Shown here piece by piece: positions 37,359 to 46,919 of a stretch of DNA of 64,000 bases. The stretch lies in the IMG/VR virus record IMGVR_UViG_3300025767_000007; one strand, given 5' to 3'. Origin of the DNA: an uncultured virus (IMG/VR IMGVR_UViG_3300025767_000007). Its lineage: Duplodnaviria > Heunggongvirae > Uroviricota > Caudoviricetes. The notes beneath the pieces are model-generated. The model saw nothing but the letters and a program-made list of their open reading frames with translations, did no database searches and was not told the DNA's origin. The position numbers and the translations under genes are program-made. How positions within the stretch are numbered: position 1 is the first letter of the stretch; each line of letters opens with the position of its first letter.

Positions 37359-39434
37359 CTAACCTTTTCCTGCTTCGTTTGCTTTTTTAAACTTTGCATC
37401 TCTTTCTTTTTTGATCTTCTTCTGCATTGCTTCTTTTGCTTTTTGTCCTAAAAGAGGATCTTTTGTTCCTTTTAACTTTGATGTAAACTTTCCACCTGTA
37501 AATGTATGTACAGTTGAAAAAATCCTATATACACCCGTAATCAAATCTTCTTTGTCTAGGTCCATAAGGTCTTTGTCGTTTCTATCTGCACTTGGTACTC
37601 CGACTTCTAAGTAGACTGAATTATCTACATTTTGCCCAGCTGTTTTTGCTAAGTGTTCTTTTAGTGCTTCCTTGTAGTTTCCTATATTTTCGATATAAAA
37701 ATTTATGTCATCTTGTACTGGTGCTTTTCCTTCTACTCCTGCTGGTGTTTGGTGTAGCCAAAACGGATCTCCTAAAACATCAAAATCTAATGTCATTAAA
37801 TCTCCATTACCTGCACTTGCACCAGCATGTAATTGTTTAAACAAATGTTTTGAAACAAACTCTGCTCTTTTGCCTTCTGATTGTGTATCTTTTGTTTTAC
37901 CTTGTGTATTAGTTGGAGTAAACATAGTCTTATAGATATTTAACTGCGAAATATCTACGTCTGCTTCTGTTAAATCTTCAGCAAATCTAAAAGGAGCAAG
38001 TTTTTCATCTTGTATTCTTTTTAGTGTTGCTTCGTCTCTTCTTTTATTTTCAGCATTTTGTTTTCTTGCAACTTCTCTTAATTCCTTAGCTGATGGTTTC
38101 TTCTTTGTAGTTTTTGCTTGTGGAACAGAAAGGTCATTGATCATTGACAGAGGAATTCTCCAAAGGTTATTAAACTTAAGATCTAAGTTTAATATTTCAG
38201 TATTTTCTCCTGAATAAATCCACTTATATGCTTTTCTAATAAGTCCGTTTTCAATATAATCATCAATCCTAGCAGATACATCATCTATAGATGAAGTCTG
38301 TTCTAATTCAGCAGGATCCATAAGATCTTTGGCTAAAGCCCTTGCACCTACGAATACTTCTACATCTACTGCTTCTTTCATTCGTTTAGCATCAAATGAA
38401 TCTTTGCCTTGTACAGTAACTCCTGTAACAACTAGTATTGACTTCTTTAACTTTTTAAGAGACTCTGGTTTTGGTTTTACACTTTCTTGGTCAAATGCAT
38501 CATTTGTTAAATATTTTACAAGCTCTGGCGAAGTGCCAAACATTTGATGTATAAACCCTTGTATTGTTTCTCCTGGTGCTAGTGCAATATTACCATCCGT
38601 AAATATACTCATAAAAAAGCCTTCGCTTTTTGTTGCAATTAATTTTGAATCAAAGTCAAACTTTTTATCTTTTATTGTTGGACAAACATAAAATTTATAA
38701 GTGTCTGCTTTTTCTTGTATTCCGTCTTTAACTAATTCTTTTTGGTACTTGTTTAATCCAGTTTCTAATCTTGTAATAAGACCTTGTATATTATTCTGTT
38801 TACTATTGTCATTGTCTTTGTCAACAGATACACCTTTTTCTATTTTCAACACTTCTGTATTACTAGAAGAACCTAAGTTTGTTACCATCAGTAAACTATA
38901 TGTTGTACCTCTTAAATCTAAACTCATTTCTAACTCAGTAATTGTAACATACCATTTATAAACCATTTCGTTACCTAATCCATCTTTGCATATAACTGGC
39001 ATGTCATTTTCGTAGCCTTTGAAGTTTACCTCTAGCAAAAATATTGCTTCTTGAGAATTAGGATAGTTAAACGATCTTGCAGACTTTGCAATCATCTCTG
39101 GTAGTCTAGCACCCAAAGGTTCAGTTATTCCCATTTTAAATGTATGATCTATTGCAGACATATAAAAGGGTTGTGGGTGTCCAGGATTAGCTGTTGTTAT
39201 TTCAAGTGATTCTAAGACAACTGAGCCAACTGATGCTGAGTCTAATATTTTAATCCCTCTTCCGTGATTAAATGATCTTTCTTTTATTTTCAGTGTTCTT
39301 TCGTCACTAGGCATCATAGTTAATACTACATTATAGGTATAACTAGGATATGCTAATAAAGGATTATCTCCTACCTCACTAGCAAGTTTTGGAGGAGCTT
39401 GAATTGACTCGGGTGCAAGTTTCGCTATGGCCAT
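37359..39434 (-). CDS. putative baseplate hub protein (gp27-like position)
   Basis: Lies between gp53-like and gp5-like genes. GDPFWL, G.YRI..TVHTF.GG.F...L. Confidence 0.55.
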   Translation of the reverse strand: MAIAKLAPESIQAPPKLASEVGDNPLLAYPSYTYNVVLTMMPSDERTLKIKERSFNHGRGIKILDSASVGSVVLESLEITTANPGHPQPFYMSAIDHTFKMGITEPLGARLPEMIAKSARSFNYPNSQEAIFLLEVNFKGYENDMPVICKDGLGNEMVYKWYVTITELEMSLDLRGTTYSLLMVTNLGSSSNTEVLKIEKGVSVDKDNDNSKQNNIQGLITRLETGLNKYQKELVKDGIQEKADTYKFYVCPTIKDKKFDFDSKLIATKSEGFFMSIFTDGNIALAPGETIQGFIHQMFGTSPELVKYLTNDAFDQESVKPKPESLKKLKKSILVVTGVTVQGKDSFDAKRMKEAVDVEVFVGARALAKDLMDPAELEQTSSIDDVSARIDDYIENGLIRKAYKWIYSGENTEILNLDLKFNNLWRIPLSMINDLSVPQAKTTKKKPSAKELREVARKQNAENKRRDEATLKRIQDEKLAPFRFAEDLTEADVDISQLNIYKTMFTPTNTQGKTKDTQSEGKRAEFVSKHLFKQLHAGASAGNGDLMTLDFDVLGDPFWLHQTPAGVEGKAPVQDDINFYIENIGNYKEALKEHLAKTAGQNVDNSVYLEVGVPSADRNDKDLMDLDKEDLITGVYRIFSTVHTFTGGKFTSKLKGTKDPLLGQKAKEAMQKKIKKERDAKFKKANEAGKG

Positions 39435-39435
39435 T

Positions 39436-39726
39436 TTAAATTCCGTCTGTGCTAGTAAGTACCTCTAGTACTGTTCCAGCTTTTAAATCTCTAATAGGAT
39501 CAACAAGTGCATTTCTATTGAGCATTGCAATAGTCCACCAATACTTACTGTTACCATATAAATCATAACTTAGTTTGTCTGGTCTATGTGCCTGAGCTGG
39601 TGTAACTATATGTTGTTGGGTTTCGGTCCCAGGTGATACTAAATCGTCGACTGTCTGTGCATTATAGATATCTAAGAAAAAGTCTTTAACTTTTGTATTT
39701 CCGTAATGTGCTTTGCCTGTTGCCAT
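39436..39726 (-). CDS. baseplate wedge gp53-like / LysM-type protein
   Basis: HRPDKLSYDLYG...YWW.IA..N...DPI.D...G. Confidence 0.8.
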   Translation of the reverse strand: MATGKAHYGNTKVKDFFLDIYNAQTVDDLVSPGTETQQHIVTPAQAHRPDKLSYDLYGNSKYWWTIAMLNRNALVDPIRDLKAGTVLEVLTSTDGI

Positions 39727-40325
39727 TAAATATATCCTTTGCCTAATAGTTTACCTGATGCAAAATCCTCTAACTTAAAGTCTTTAACTACTTCAAGTGG
39801 GCTAAGTTGAACAAGTAATGATACGGAGATATCAAATAATACAGGTACTGTCTGAAATCCATCTGCCATGCTTACTGTAATGTAATCTACGTCCTGTGGA
39901 TAATCAAAAGAAAACGATTGTACTACAACTGGTGTATTATTATAAAGCCCGTAAGCATTTAGTCTTCCAATTGGAGGAGGCGTTCCTCTTGTTTCTTTTT
40001 CTTGTTTTCTGCCATAAAACATCATAGTAGATGTTCTTAACAAATGTATTGCATTTAATGCTCTGCGTCCTTCTTTTTCATCTCTACTAACAAAAGGTCC
40101 ACTAATTGATATTGTAGGAACCTTTCTATTACCAAACGCACTTGGTTGATAATTTGTATGTTGTAATTCAATAGTATTATAGTTAACTTCAATAGATTGT
40201 GTTATTCTCGGAGTATAGTCCCATTCAATAATATTAGTGTTAAAAGCCGCATTATCCGAAGTTGGTGTAACTTCGGGCTTTAGTGCTTTAAACGATAATT
40301 TTACTTTATCCGCAACTTGAGCCAT
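39726..40325 (-). CDS. tail tube initiator / baseplate junction protein (gp48/gp54-like)
   Basis: YTP.I...Y, G.PPP...L.AYG.Y...PVVV.SF...YP.DVDY. Confidence 0.55.
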   Translation of the reverse strand: MAQVADKVKLSFKALKPEVTPTSDNAAFNTNIIEWDYTPRITQSIEVNYNTIELQHTNYQPSAFGNRKVPTISISGPFVSRDEKEGRRALNAIHLLRTSTMMFYGRKQEKETRGTPPPIGRLNAYGLYNNTPVVVQSFSFDYPQDVDYITVSMADGFQTVPVLFDISVSLLVQLSPLEVVKDFKLEDFASGKLLGKGYI

Positions 40326-40326
40326 G

Positions 40327-40977
40327 TTATGTTAGCCTCCTGCTAAAAATACTAAGGATCTTTTTCTGTAAACCTTCGTCTGCGTTTGGGTATAGATCTT
40401 TTACAATTCTTTCTTGTTCCTCTGTACTTCCGCTTGCAAACATACTTCTAATCTCTGATGCACTTCCTGCTGTTTGCCCTGCAACTGTAAACTTATAATC
40501 TTTAACAGGATATATGTACCCATGTCCAGGGCGTTCTGTTCCTTCACCTTTGTCGTTTGTAAAAGGTTTCATCTTACCACCTGTATATTTTTGAAAATAA
40601 GAAGGCGAACCATTTTTTAATGGTGTGAACTGAAATCTAGGATCTTCTTGCATATCCTTTGATCCTACTCCAAATACCATAACATCTGTGTTAGGATCAA
40701 GACCTAATGCAGTTGGTAGTACTTTTGGATTATAAGGAACCGGTTCTTCAATAACCTGGCTTGGATTAATACCCGTTGCTTGTATCATTGCTTTTTTCTC
40801 GTCAAAAGAAAAAGGACTCTTATTCGGCTCTACTTTGCCGCTAGAAGCGATATAAGTATTGTTAATGCCAAACTTAGACGCTAGTTCTTTATATGCAGAA
40901 GCATGTCCATGATGGAACGGATGAAACCTTCCACCATAAATGGCAATTACTTGGGGTTGCAAATCACTAATTTTCAT
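40327..40977 (-). CDS. HxGH nucleotidyltransferase (cytidylyltransferase-like)
   Basis: GGRFHPFHHGH, SPFSF.EK, VG.KD..RF, SASEIR. Confidence 0.8.
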   Translation of the reverse strand: MKISDLQPQVIAIYGGRFHPFHHGHASAYKELASKFGINNTYIASSGKVEPNKSPFSFDEKKAMIQATGINPSQVIEEPVPYNPKVLPTALGLDPNTDVMVFGVGSKDMQEDPRFQFTPLKNGSPSYFQKYTGGKMKPFTNDKGEGTERPGHGYIYPVKDYKFTVAGQTAGSASEIRSMFASGSTEEQERIVKDLYPNADEGLQKKILSIFSRRLT

Positions 40978-41031
40978 GTTATAATATCTCCAACTATATT
41001 TACCGTTTTTATAAAGTGGGTAGATAACCTA

Positions 41032-41060
41032 TTGACAATAAGAACAATATTTGCTATACT
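41032..41060 (+). promoter_or_regulatory. sigma70-type promoter for the late sigma gene
   Basis: TTGACA-17 nt-TATACT. Confidence 0.8.
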
Positions 41061-41080
41061 AATGAAAATAAGGAATTAAT

Positions 41081-42049
41081 ATGACAACTAATCTAAAAAA
41101 CGTATACTTAAAGAATAAAGACTTACTTCTTCAGATCCATAAAAGCAAACTTCAGTTTTGCTGGAAAGAAGATAAGAAATATAGTGATTATGATATCATT
41201 TTGCATGACCTAAAACATTTCCACAATCGCAAGACTATAGCATTTCCGGAAGGAGCTCTTAAGATTGCAAAGGCTACACGAGCCAAAAGATTTGCAGAAG
41301 CACTTCATAAAGAGGCTATTAAGCAATGGGAAGAAGAAGGAAAACGTCCTAGCAAGAAACCAAAAATGGATCAATTTATGGTACCAACAAAATCTATTTC
41401 TAACGATGAAATAGTGGTTAGGCTCATGGATTGGGATCATATTCCAGAAGAACCAGGACGTAAGACTAATCCTAAAACACCTGCAGATTACAGAGCTAAA
41501 GTTAACTTTCCTCCTTTTAAACATTATGTTAAGGAAGACGGAGAGTGGAAAGAAGTAGTTCGCAGTCATTGGAAAGGTGATTTAGAAACTGGCCACTTTA
41601 GTATTGATCATGGAAAGATTACTAATAGGCTTGGCGCAATGTTTCTAAAATTATGTGAACGTTATAGTTTACGAAGTAACTGGAGAGGATATAGTTATAT
41701 TGACGAAATGAGAGGACAGGCTCTTATACAATTAACGCAGATTGCTTTACAATTTGATGAGAGCAAGAGTCAAAACCCGTTTGCTTATTATACTGCCGCT
41801 GTAACTAATAGTTTTACTCGAGTATTAAATGTTGAAAAGAGACAACGTGATATACGTGACGATTTACTACAAGAAGCAGGGCAAACTCCAAGTTGGACCA
41901 GACAAGCAGAGCATATTGAAAAAGTAAAAGCAGAAGTTGAAAGAGCTCTTGCTTTAAAAGAAGCAGATAGAGCAGAAAAAGAAAAAGAAGAAAAAGAACC
42001 ATTATCAGAGATGATTGGACATAATAATCCACCACCAGAATTTCAGTAA
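41081..42049 (+). CDS. late transcription sigma factor (T4 gp55-like)
   Basis: YLKNKDLL, NWRGYSYIDEM, FDESKSQNPFAYYT, SF.R.LN.EKRQ. Confidence 0.85.
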   Translation: MTTNLKNVYLKNKDLLLQIHKSKLQFCWKEDKKYSDYDIILHDLKHFHNRKTIAFPEGALKIAKATRAKRFAEALHKEAIKQWEEEGKRPSKKPKMDQFMVPTKSISNDEIVVRLMDWDHIPEEPGRKTNPKTPADYRAKVNFPPFKHYVKEDGEWKEVVRSHWKGDLETGHFSIDHGKITNRLGAMFLKLCERYSLRSNWRGYSYIDEMRGQALIQLTQIALQFDESKSQNPFAYYTAAVTNSFTRVLNVEKRQRDIRDDLLQEAGQTPSWTRQAEHIEKVKAEVERALALKEADRAEKEKEEKEPLSEMIGHNNPPPEFQ

Positions 42050-42059
42050 GGAGTAATAA

Positions 42060-42443
42060 ATGACAAATCCATTTGAAGACCAGGAACGTTTTATGTTAGC
42101 ATGTGATCAAACTGTTGCAGAAGAAAACATTCCACAATACCAGCTATACCTTTCGTTAATTAACGAAGAAGCAAAGGAGTTAGTTGATGCAATTAAAGCC
42201 AGTGATAAACAGGAACAATTAGATGCCTTAATTGATATTCTTGTTGTTACAATTGGCGCAATCCATTCTATGGGAGCCGATGGTGAAGGTGCTTGGAGCG
42301 AAGTAATGTCTACAAACTTTGCCAAAATTGATGAAGTAACTGGTAAAGTTAATAAAAGAAGTGACGGTAAAATTCTTAAGCCAAAAGATTGGGAAGGCCC
42401 AAAATTGGAGCAATATTTACAAAGGAAACTCGAAGATGAATAG
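42060..42443 (+). CDS. MazG-like nucleoside triphosphate pyrophosphohydrolase
   Basis: EEAKEL...DALIDILVV...N..K...KR.DGKILKP..W. Confidence 0.8.
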   Translation: MTNPFEDQERFMLACDQTVAEENIPQYQLYLSLINEEAKELVDAIKASDKQEQLDALIDILVVTIGAIHSMGADGEGAWSEVMSTNFAKIDEVTGKVNKRSDGKILKPKDWEGPKLEQYLQRKLEDE

Positions 42444-42594
42444 AGCATTAGAACGACTCGAATATAAACACAAAGTTCTTAAGAAACTTGTTGAGGGTGC
42501 AACAGGAGACCTTGTACAAAAACTAAAGAAAGAAAAACTTTTTATAAAAGATCAGTTAGTTAGAGCTAGACAACAAGCAAAAGAAGTGTTATAA
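42436..42594 (+). CDS. small coiled-coil protein (DUF465/YdcH-like)
   Basis: H..L...LKKEKL.IKD pattern. ATG 42436. Confidence 0.5.
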   Translation: MNRALERLEYKHKVLKKLVEGATGDLVQKLKKEKLFIKDQLVRARQQAKEVL

Positions 42595-42595
42595 T
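42567..42595 (+). promoter_or_regulatory. sigma70-type promoter (extended -10) for gp47/gp46
   Basis: TAGACA-17 nt-TATAAT with TGn extension, 5 nt before ATG 42601. Confidence 0.6.
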
Positions 42596-42600
42596 ATAGA

Positions 42601-43623
42601 ATGAATCAACCTTTTAAGAAAGCCGCATATTTTACGGATATTCATTTTGGTTTAAGAAATAACAGTCGAGCTCATAATGATGACTGTGAAAACTTTATCA
42701 AGTGGTTTGTAGAAGAAGCTCACAAAGAAGGATGCGAAACTTGTATCTTTGGTGGCGATTGGCATAATAGCCGTAGTAATATTAATGTTAGTACACTTAA
42801 TTATACTACCACAAATTTAGAATACTTGAGCCAAAACTTTGAAAATGTCTATGTGATTATGGGCAATCATGACTTGGCTTATAGAGAAAAACGAGAAATT
42901 AATTCTCTGCCTTTTGGCGAATATTTGACAAATTTGCATATTATTAATGAAATTACTACTATTGGTGACATGACTATTGTTCCTTGGTTAGTTGGTGAAG
43001 AATGGACAGAAATGAGAAATATACATTCTCGTTACATATTTGGACACTTTGAACTTCCTCGTTTTAAAATGAATGCTATGGTAGAGATGCCGGACCATGG
43101 AGGGCTAAATGGGGATCATTTTCCTAATCAGGAATTTGTATTCAGCGGACACTTTCATAAGAGGCAAAGAAGAGGAAATGTAATCTACACAGGTAATGCT
43201 TTCCCTCACAATTTTGCTGATGCAGGTGATGACGAAAGAGGCATGATGATACTTCCTTATGGTGGAGAGTATGTATTTAGACAGTGGCCAGATGCTCCTA
43301 AATTTAAAACTATGTCGTTGACACATGCAATTGACAACCATACACATTTGTTTGATCATACAACTTTTGCTCGTATTACTATTGATGTTGATATTAGTTA
43401 CGAAGAAGCATCTTATATCAAAGAAAAGTGGTATAATGAATATGGAATGCGTGAATTATCTCTTATACCAAATGCTAAGGAAGAACATTCTAAAGAATGG
43501 GATGGCGGAGAAATTAAATTTGAAAGTGTTGATGCTATTGTTCTAAATCAAATTCAATCTATTGATTCTGATGTAATAGATAGAAAGTTATTAACAGAAA
43601 TATACCAAGGATTGAATAAATGA
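42601..43623 (+). CDS. recombination nuclease subunit (T4 gp47 / Mre11-SbcD-like)
   Basis: TDIHFG, GDW, GNHD, GHFE, SGHFH. Confidence 0.9.
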   Translation: MNQPFKKAAYFTDIHFGLRNNSRAHNDDCENFIKWFVEEAHKEGCETCIFGGDWHNSRSNINVSTLNYTTTNLEYLSQNFENVYVIMGNHDLAYREKREINSLPFGEYLTNLHIINEITTIGDMTIVPWLVGEEWTEMRNIHSRYIFGHFELPRFKMNAMVEMPDHGGLNGDHFPNQEFVFSGHFHKRQRRGNVIYTGNAFPHNFADAGDDERGMMILPYGGEYVFRQWPDAPKFKTMSLTHAIDNHTHLFDHTTFARITIDVDISYEEASYIKEKWYNEYGMRELSLIPNAKEEHSKEWDGGEIKFESVDAIVLNQIQSIDSDVIDRKLLTEIYQGLNK

Positions 43624-45389
43624 TTATATTCAAGAATATTACAATAAAAAACTTTATGAGTGTTGGTAATGTTACTCAGGCACTAAACTTAGACAAAGAT
43701 GGTTTGACTCTTGTACTAGGAAATAACTTAGATTTAGGTGGCGATGGAGCTCGTAATGGTGTTGGTAAAACAACTATTGTTAATGCTTTGTCTTTTGCAC
43801 TTTATGGTGATGCATTAACTACAATCCGTAAACATAACCTAATTAACAAAACTAATGGCAAGAATATGCTTGTTACATTAGAGTTTGAAAAGAACGGCGA
43901 AAAGTTTAAAATTGAACGTGGACGTAGTCCAAATGTCTTACGTTTTTATATTAACGATAGTAAGTTAGGTGATGTAACAGATGAAGGACAAGGCGAAAAT
44001 AGAGTTACACAAAAAGAAATAGATAGGCTCATTGGCATGGGCAAAGAAATGTTCAAACACCTTGTTGCATTGAACACTTATACACAACCTTTCTTATCTT
44101 TACGGGCCAATGAACAACGAGAAATTATTGAAGAACTTCTCGGTATTACACAACTTAGTGAAAAAGCTGACATACTTAAAGAAGGTATTAGAAATACTAA
44201 AGATCTGGTTAAAGATGAAGAATCAAGGCATCGTGCATTAGAAGAAAGTAATGCTAGAGTTAAGTCTACTATTGACGATTTAAAAAGACGTAGCAGGACA
44301 TGGGCTAAGAAAAAAGATGCTGACTTAACTAATTTGTTGGCTGGTATTACAGAGTTAGAATCAACAGATATTGATGCAGAACTTGCATCTCACAGGGCAT
44401 TAGAAGTTTTTAAAGAAAACGATAGTCGCCTAAAGTTAGCCAATAAAGAACTTGCTTCTAGACAGAGTAATATTAATAAACTTAAGGAATCTCTTAAATT
44501 ATCTGAAAATAATTTAGTATCTTTAAAGGATAATAAGTGCCATACTTGTGGTACTAAGTTACAAGACGAAAAGCAAAAAACTTTAATAACAGAATCTAAC
44601 AATATGCTAAATCAGATTAAAGATGCTCTTAAAGAAGAACATGGTCTTTTAGCACAAGCAGATATTGCTGTTCGAGATATTGGAGATATGGGTACAAGAC
44701 CTAGTACAAAATATTTAAATATCGAAGAAGCAATTAAACACCAGAGTAATTTAGAAAACTTAAAAAGTATTCTGGTAAACAAGGAAGGAGAGGCAGATCC
44801 TTACCAGGAGCAAATAGAAGCTCTTGAAACTACTGCCCTTGCAGAAATATCATGGGAGAACATGAATGAGTATACAAAACTGCAAGAACACCAAGAATTT
44901 TTGTTAAAATTGCTTACTAACAAGGACTCATTTGTCCGTAAACGCATTATCGAGCAGAATTTAGCATATTTGAACCACAGACTAGGTTATTACTTGGATA
45001 AGTTACAATTACCACATGAAGTGGAATTTAAAAGCGACTTAGAGGTTGACATTACTCAATTGGGTCAAACATTTGATTTTGACAACCTAAGCAGGGGAGA
45101 ACGTAACAGGTTAATCTTAGCTCTAAGTTGGAGTTTTAGAGATGTGTATGAGAGTTTCACAGAACCTATGAATTTATTGTTTATTGATGAATTAGTAGAC
45201 TCAGGCATGGACCAAGTTGGTATTGAGTTATCAATGAGTGTCTTAAAGAAAATGGGCCGTGAAATGAAACGTAATGTCTTTTTAATCAGCCACCGAGACG
45301 AACTCGCTGGTCGTGTAAACAACGTACTAATGGTTGTTAAGCAAAATGGTTTTACCGAGCTTGACAATTCTACTGAAATTATTTTATAA
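43620..45389 (+). CDS. recombination ATPase (T4 gp46 / Rad50-SbcC-like)
   Basis: KNFMSVG, NGVGKTT, CHTC hook, LSRGE, FIDE, ISH. Confidence 0.92.
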   Translation: MIIFKNITIKNFMSVGNVTQALNLDKDGLTLVLGNNLDLGGDGARNGVGKTTIVNALSFALYGDALTTIRKHNLINKTNGKNMLVTLEFEKNGEKFKIERGRSPNVLRFYINDSKLGDVTDEGQGENRVTQKEIDRLIGMGKEMFKHLVALNTYTQPFLSLRANEQREIIEELLGITQLSEKADILKEGIRNTKDLVKDEESRHRALEESNARVKSTIDDLKRRSRTWAKKKDADLTNLLAGITELESTDIDAELASHRALEVFKENDSRLKLANKELASRQSNINKLKESLKLSENNLVSLKDNKCHTCGTKLQDEKQKTLITESNNMLNQIKDALKEEHGLLAQADIAVRDIGDMGTRPSTKYLNIEEAIKHQSNLENLKSILVNKEGEADPYQEQIEALETTALAEISWENMNEYTKLQEHQEFLLKLLTNKDSFVRKRIIEQNLAYLNHRLGYYLDKLQLPHEVEFKSDLEVDITQLGQTFDFDNLSRGERNRLILALSWSFRDVYESFTEPMNLLFIDELVDSGMDQVGIELSMSVLKKMGREMKRNVFLISHRDELAGRVNNVLMVVKQNGFTELDNSTEIIL

Positions 45390-45399
45390 GGAGAATAAT

Positions 45400-45594
45400 A
45401 TGACAGACCCAAGAGATTCAGCTCACCATATAGCACTAATGGAAAATATGGATACTTATATGGCAGAGAACAGAAAGTTTGTAGAAAAGGGAGTTAAGGC
45501 TTCTGCAACTAGAGCTCGTAAAGCTCTTCAGGCTATTGCTGTTGCTGTTAAAGAAAGACGTAAAGAAATCACAGAAGAGAAAAACGCACTTTAA
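45400..45594 (+). CDS. small basic protein, histone H1-like Hc1 family-like
   Basis: KGVKASATRARKAL...K..RKEI. AGGAG RBS before ATG 45400. Confidence 0.6.
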   Translation: MTDPRDSAHHIALMENMDTYMAENRKFVEKGVKASATRARKALQAIAVAVKERRKEITEEKNAL

Positions 45595-46106
45595 TGCCAA
45601 GTAAAAGTAAAACTAAAGGATCAAGTTTTGAGAGGGAGGTTGCAACACATCTCTCAGAAATTTACAACGAAAGTTTTGTAAGAGTTCCAAACTCAGGAGC
45701 TTTTGTTGGAGGAATGAATCAGGCTCGTAAAAGCTATCTAAGTGAAGAACAAATTAGAGGCTTTAAAGGAGATATTATTCCTGGTCCTAGTTTTCCTTTA
45801 TTGGTATTTGAATGCAAATTTTATGCAGACTTTCCTTTCCATCAGTTACTTCAAAATACGGACGTACTGATATTAGATGACTGGATAAATCAAACTATAG
45901 ACTGTATGGATGATGGCGACTTGGGACTTCTTTGTATGAAGTTTAATAGAAAAGGTCGTTATGTTGCATACGAGGACAAGTTTAAATTTAAGACAACAAG
46001 ATCTATAAACTATAAAAATTGGCTCATAACAGAATACGATTCCTTTTGGGAATTGAATGTAGAACAAGTAAAAACATACTCAAAACTCACAGAGACCATC
46101 TCTTAG
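45594..46106 (+). CDS. Holliday junction resolvase (Hjc-like PD-(D/E)XK)
   Basis: SKTKGSSFEREVA, R.P.SGA, GDI, FECK. Confidence 0.8.
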   Translation: MPSKSKTKGSSFEREVATHLSEIYNESFVRVPNSGAFVGGMNQARKSYLSEEQIRGFKGDIIPGPSFPLLVFECKFYADFPFHQLLQNTDVLILDDWINQTIDCMDDGDLGLLCMKFNRKGRYVAYEDKFKFKTTRSINYKNWLITEYDSFWELNVEQVKTYSKLTETIS

Positions 46107-46109
46107 ACA

Positions 46110-46660
46110 CATTGGCAAGCTATCTACTGATAGGTTAGTGCAAGCCGGTTATATTGCACCCATAAAATCTGGATCAATTAAGGATCGCAGAGGACGGAAG
46201 TTCTGAGCAGTAGCAGAGACATATCACCACTATCCTTGACAGGACGTAGTTCAAACAGCATGAAACTGGACTGGTGTATGTATAGTATTGCTAAAATGAG
46301 TGGGCTCTGGTGAACTATTACAACCCACATAATAATAGAATTGGTTTGGTTCGGTTCTATTGTTTGCGTTATTACAGTCGAGAGTAAAAGGGTACAGCGT
46401 AACCGCCCTAACATAATATGTTTCTTTAACCAAAGTGTGGTACGAGTCTGGGTCAAGACAAACCATTTACCTTAGCCCCCAAACGGGGCTAAGTGTGGAT
46501 ACTCATCCAGCTCAAGCTAAACTTAAAAATATTAGAGTCAAACTTATATAATAAAAACTATGTGTTATCGTTTGAAATATAAAATTGAATGAGTAGAGCA
46601 ACGCGATACGATATTCATGGACGAAGTATTCGTCCTGTAACTGATTCTTAACAATGTTAA
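46110..46660 (+). ncRNA. candidate large structured non-coding RNA, family unknown
   Basis: ~550-nt gap with no credible CDS, GC-richer than its flanks, more than 10 hairpins, a multibranch domain, a possible pseudoknot and G-U pairs on the + strand. Confidence 0.55.
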
Positions 46661-46673
46661 TGAGCAACTCTGG

Positions 46674-46919
46674 CTAACGCATCTGATTAGCAATACCCTT
46701 TTTACCATACATTGTATCTATCTTCTCTTTAACTACTTCTGATAAGATTACTCTGTCAGTATATGGCATATCCCATACAACTTGTATAGGGTTGCTACTC
46801 CAAACACTTAAATTACATATATCTTGGGTTAGGGCTCTTGACTCAGATTCAAAACTTTCGATATACTTTGTAATCTTATTTGAATCAGTTCCTAGACTCA
46901 AGAGCCTTCGGAAAAAAAA
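46674..46919 (-). CDS. -1 frame extension ('T' ORF) of tail assembly chaperone; gp51-like position
   Basis: No ATG start. Frame open through the T8 run overlapping the end of the upstream gene. Confidence 0.65.
   Translation of the reverse strand, partial: FFFRRLLSLGTDSNKITKYIESFESESRALTQDICNLSVWSSNPIQVVWDMPYTDRVILSEVVKEKIDTMYGKKGIANQMR

Noticed and set aside
46178..46466. Two short minus-strand ORFs in the intergenic gap
   Set aside because: No RBS or recognisable motifs and atypical composition. Better explained as chance ORFs over a structured region.
46188..46520. RNase P RNA, tmRNA or self-splicing intron as the identity of the structured element
   Set aside because: GAGGACGGAAGTTCTGAGC only loosely resembles the RNase P GAGGAAAGUCC motif and there is no matching 3' P4 strand. 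No tRNA-like ends, group I P7 core or group II domain V seen, and the flanking genes are uninterrupted.
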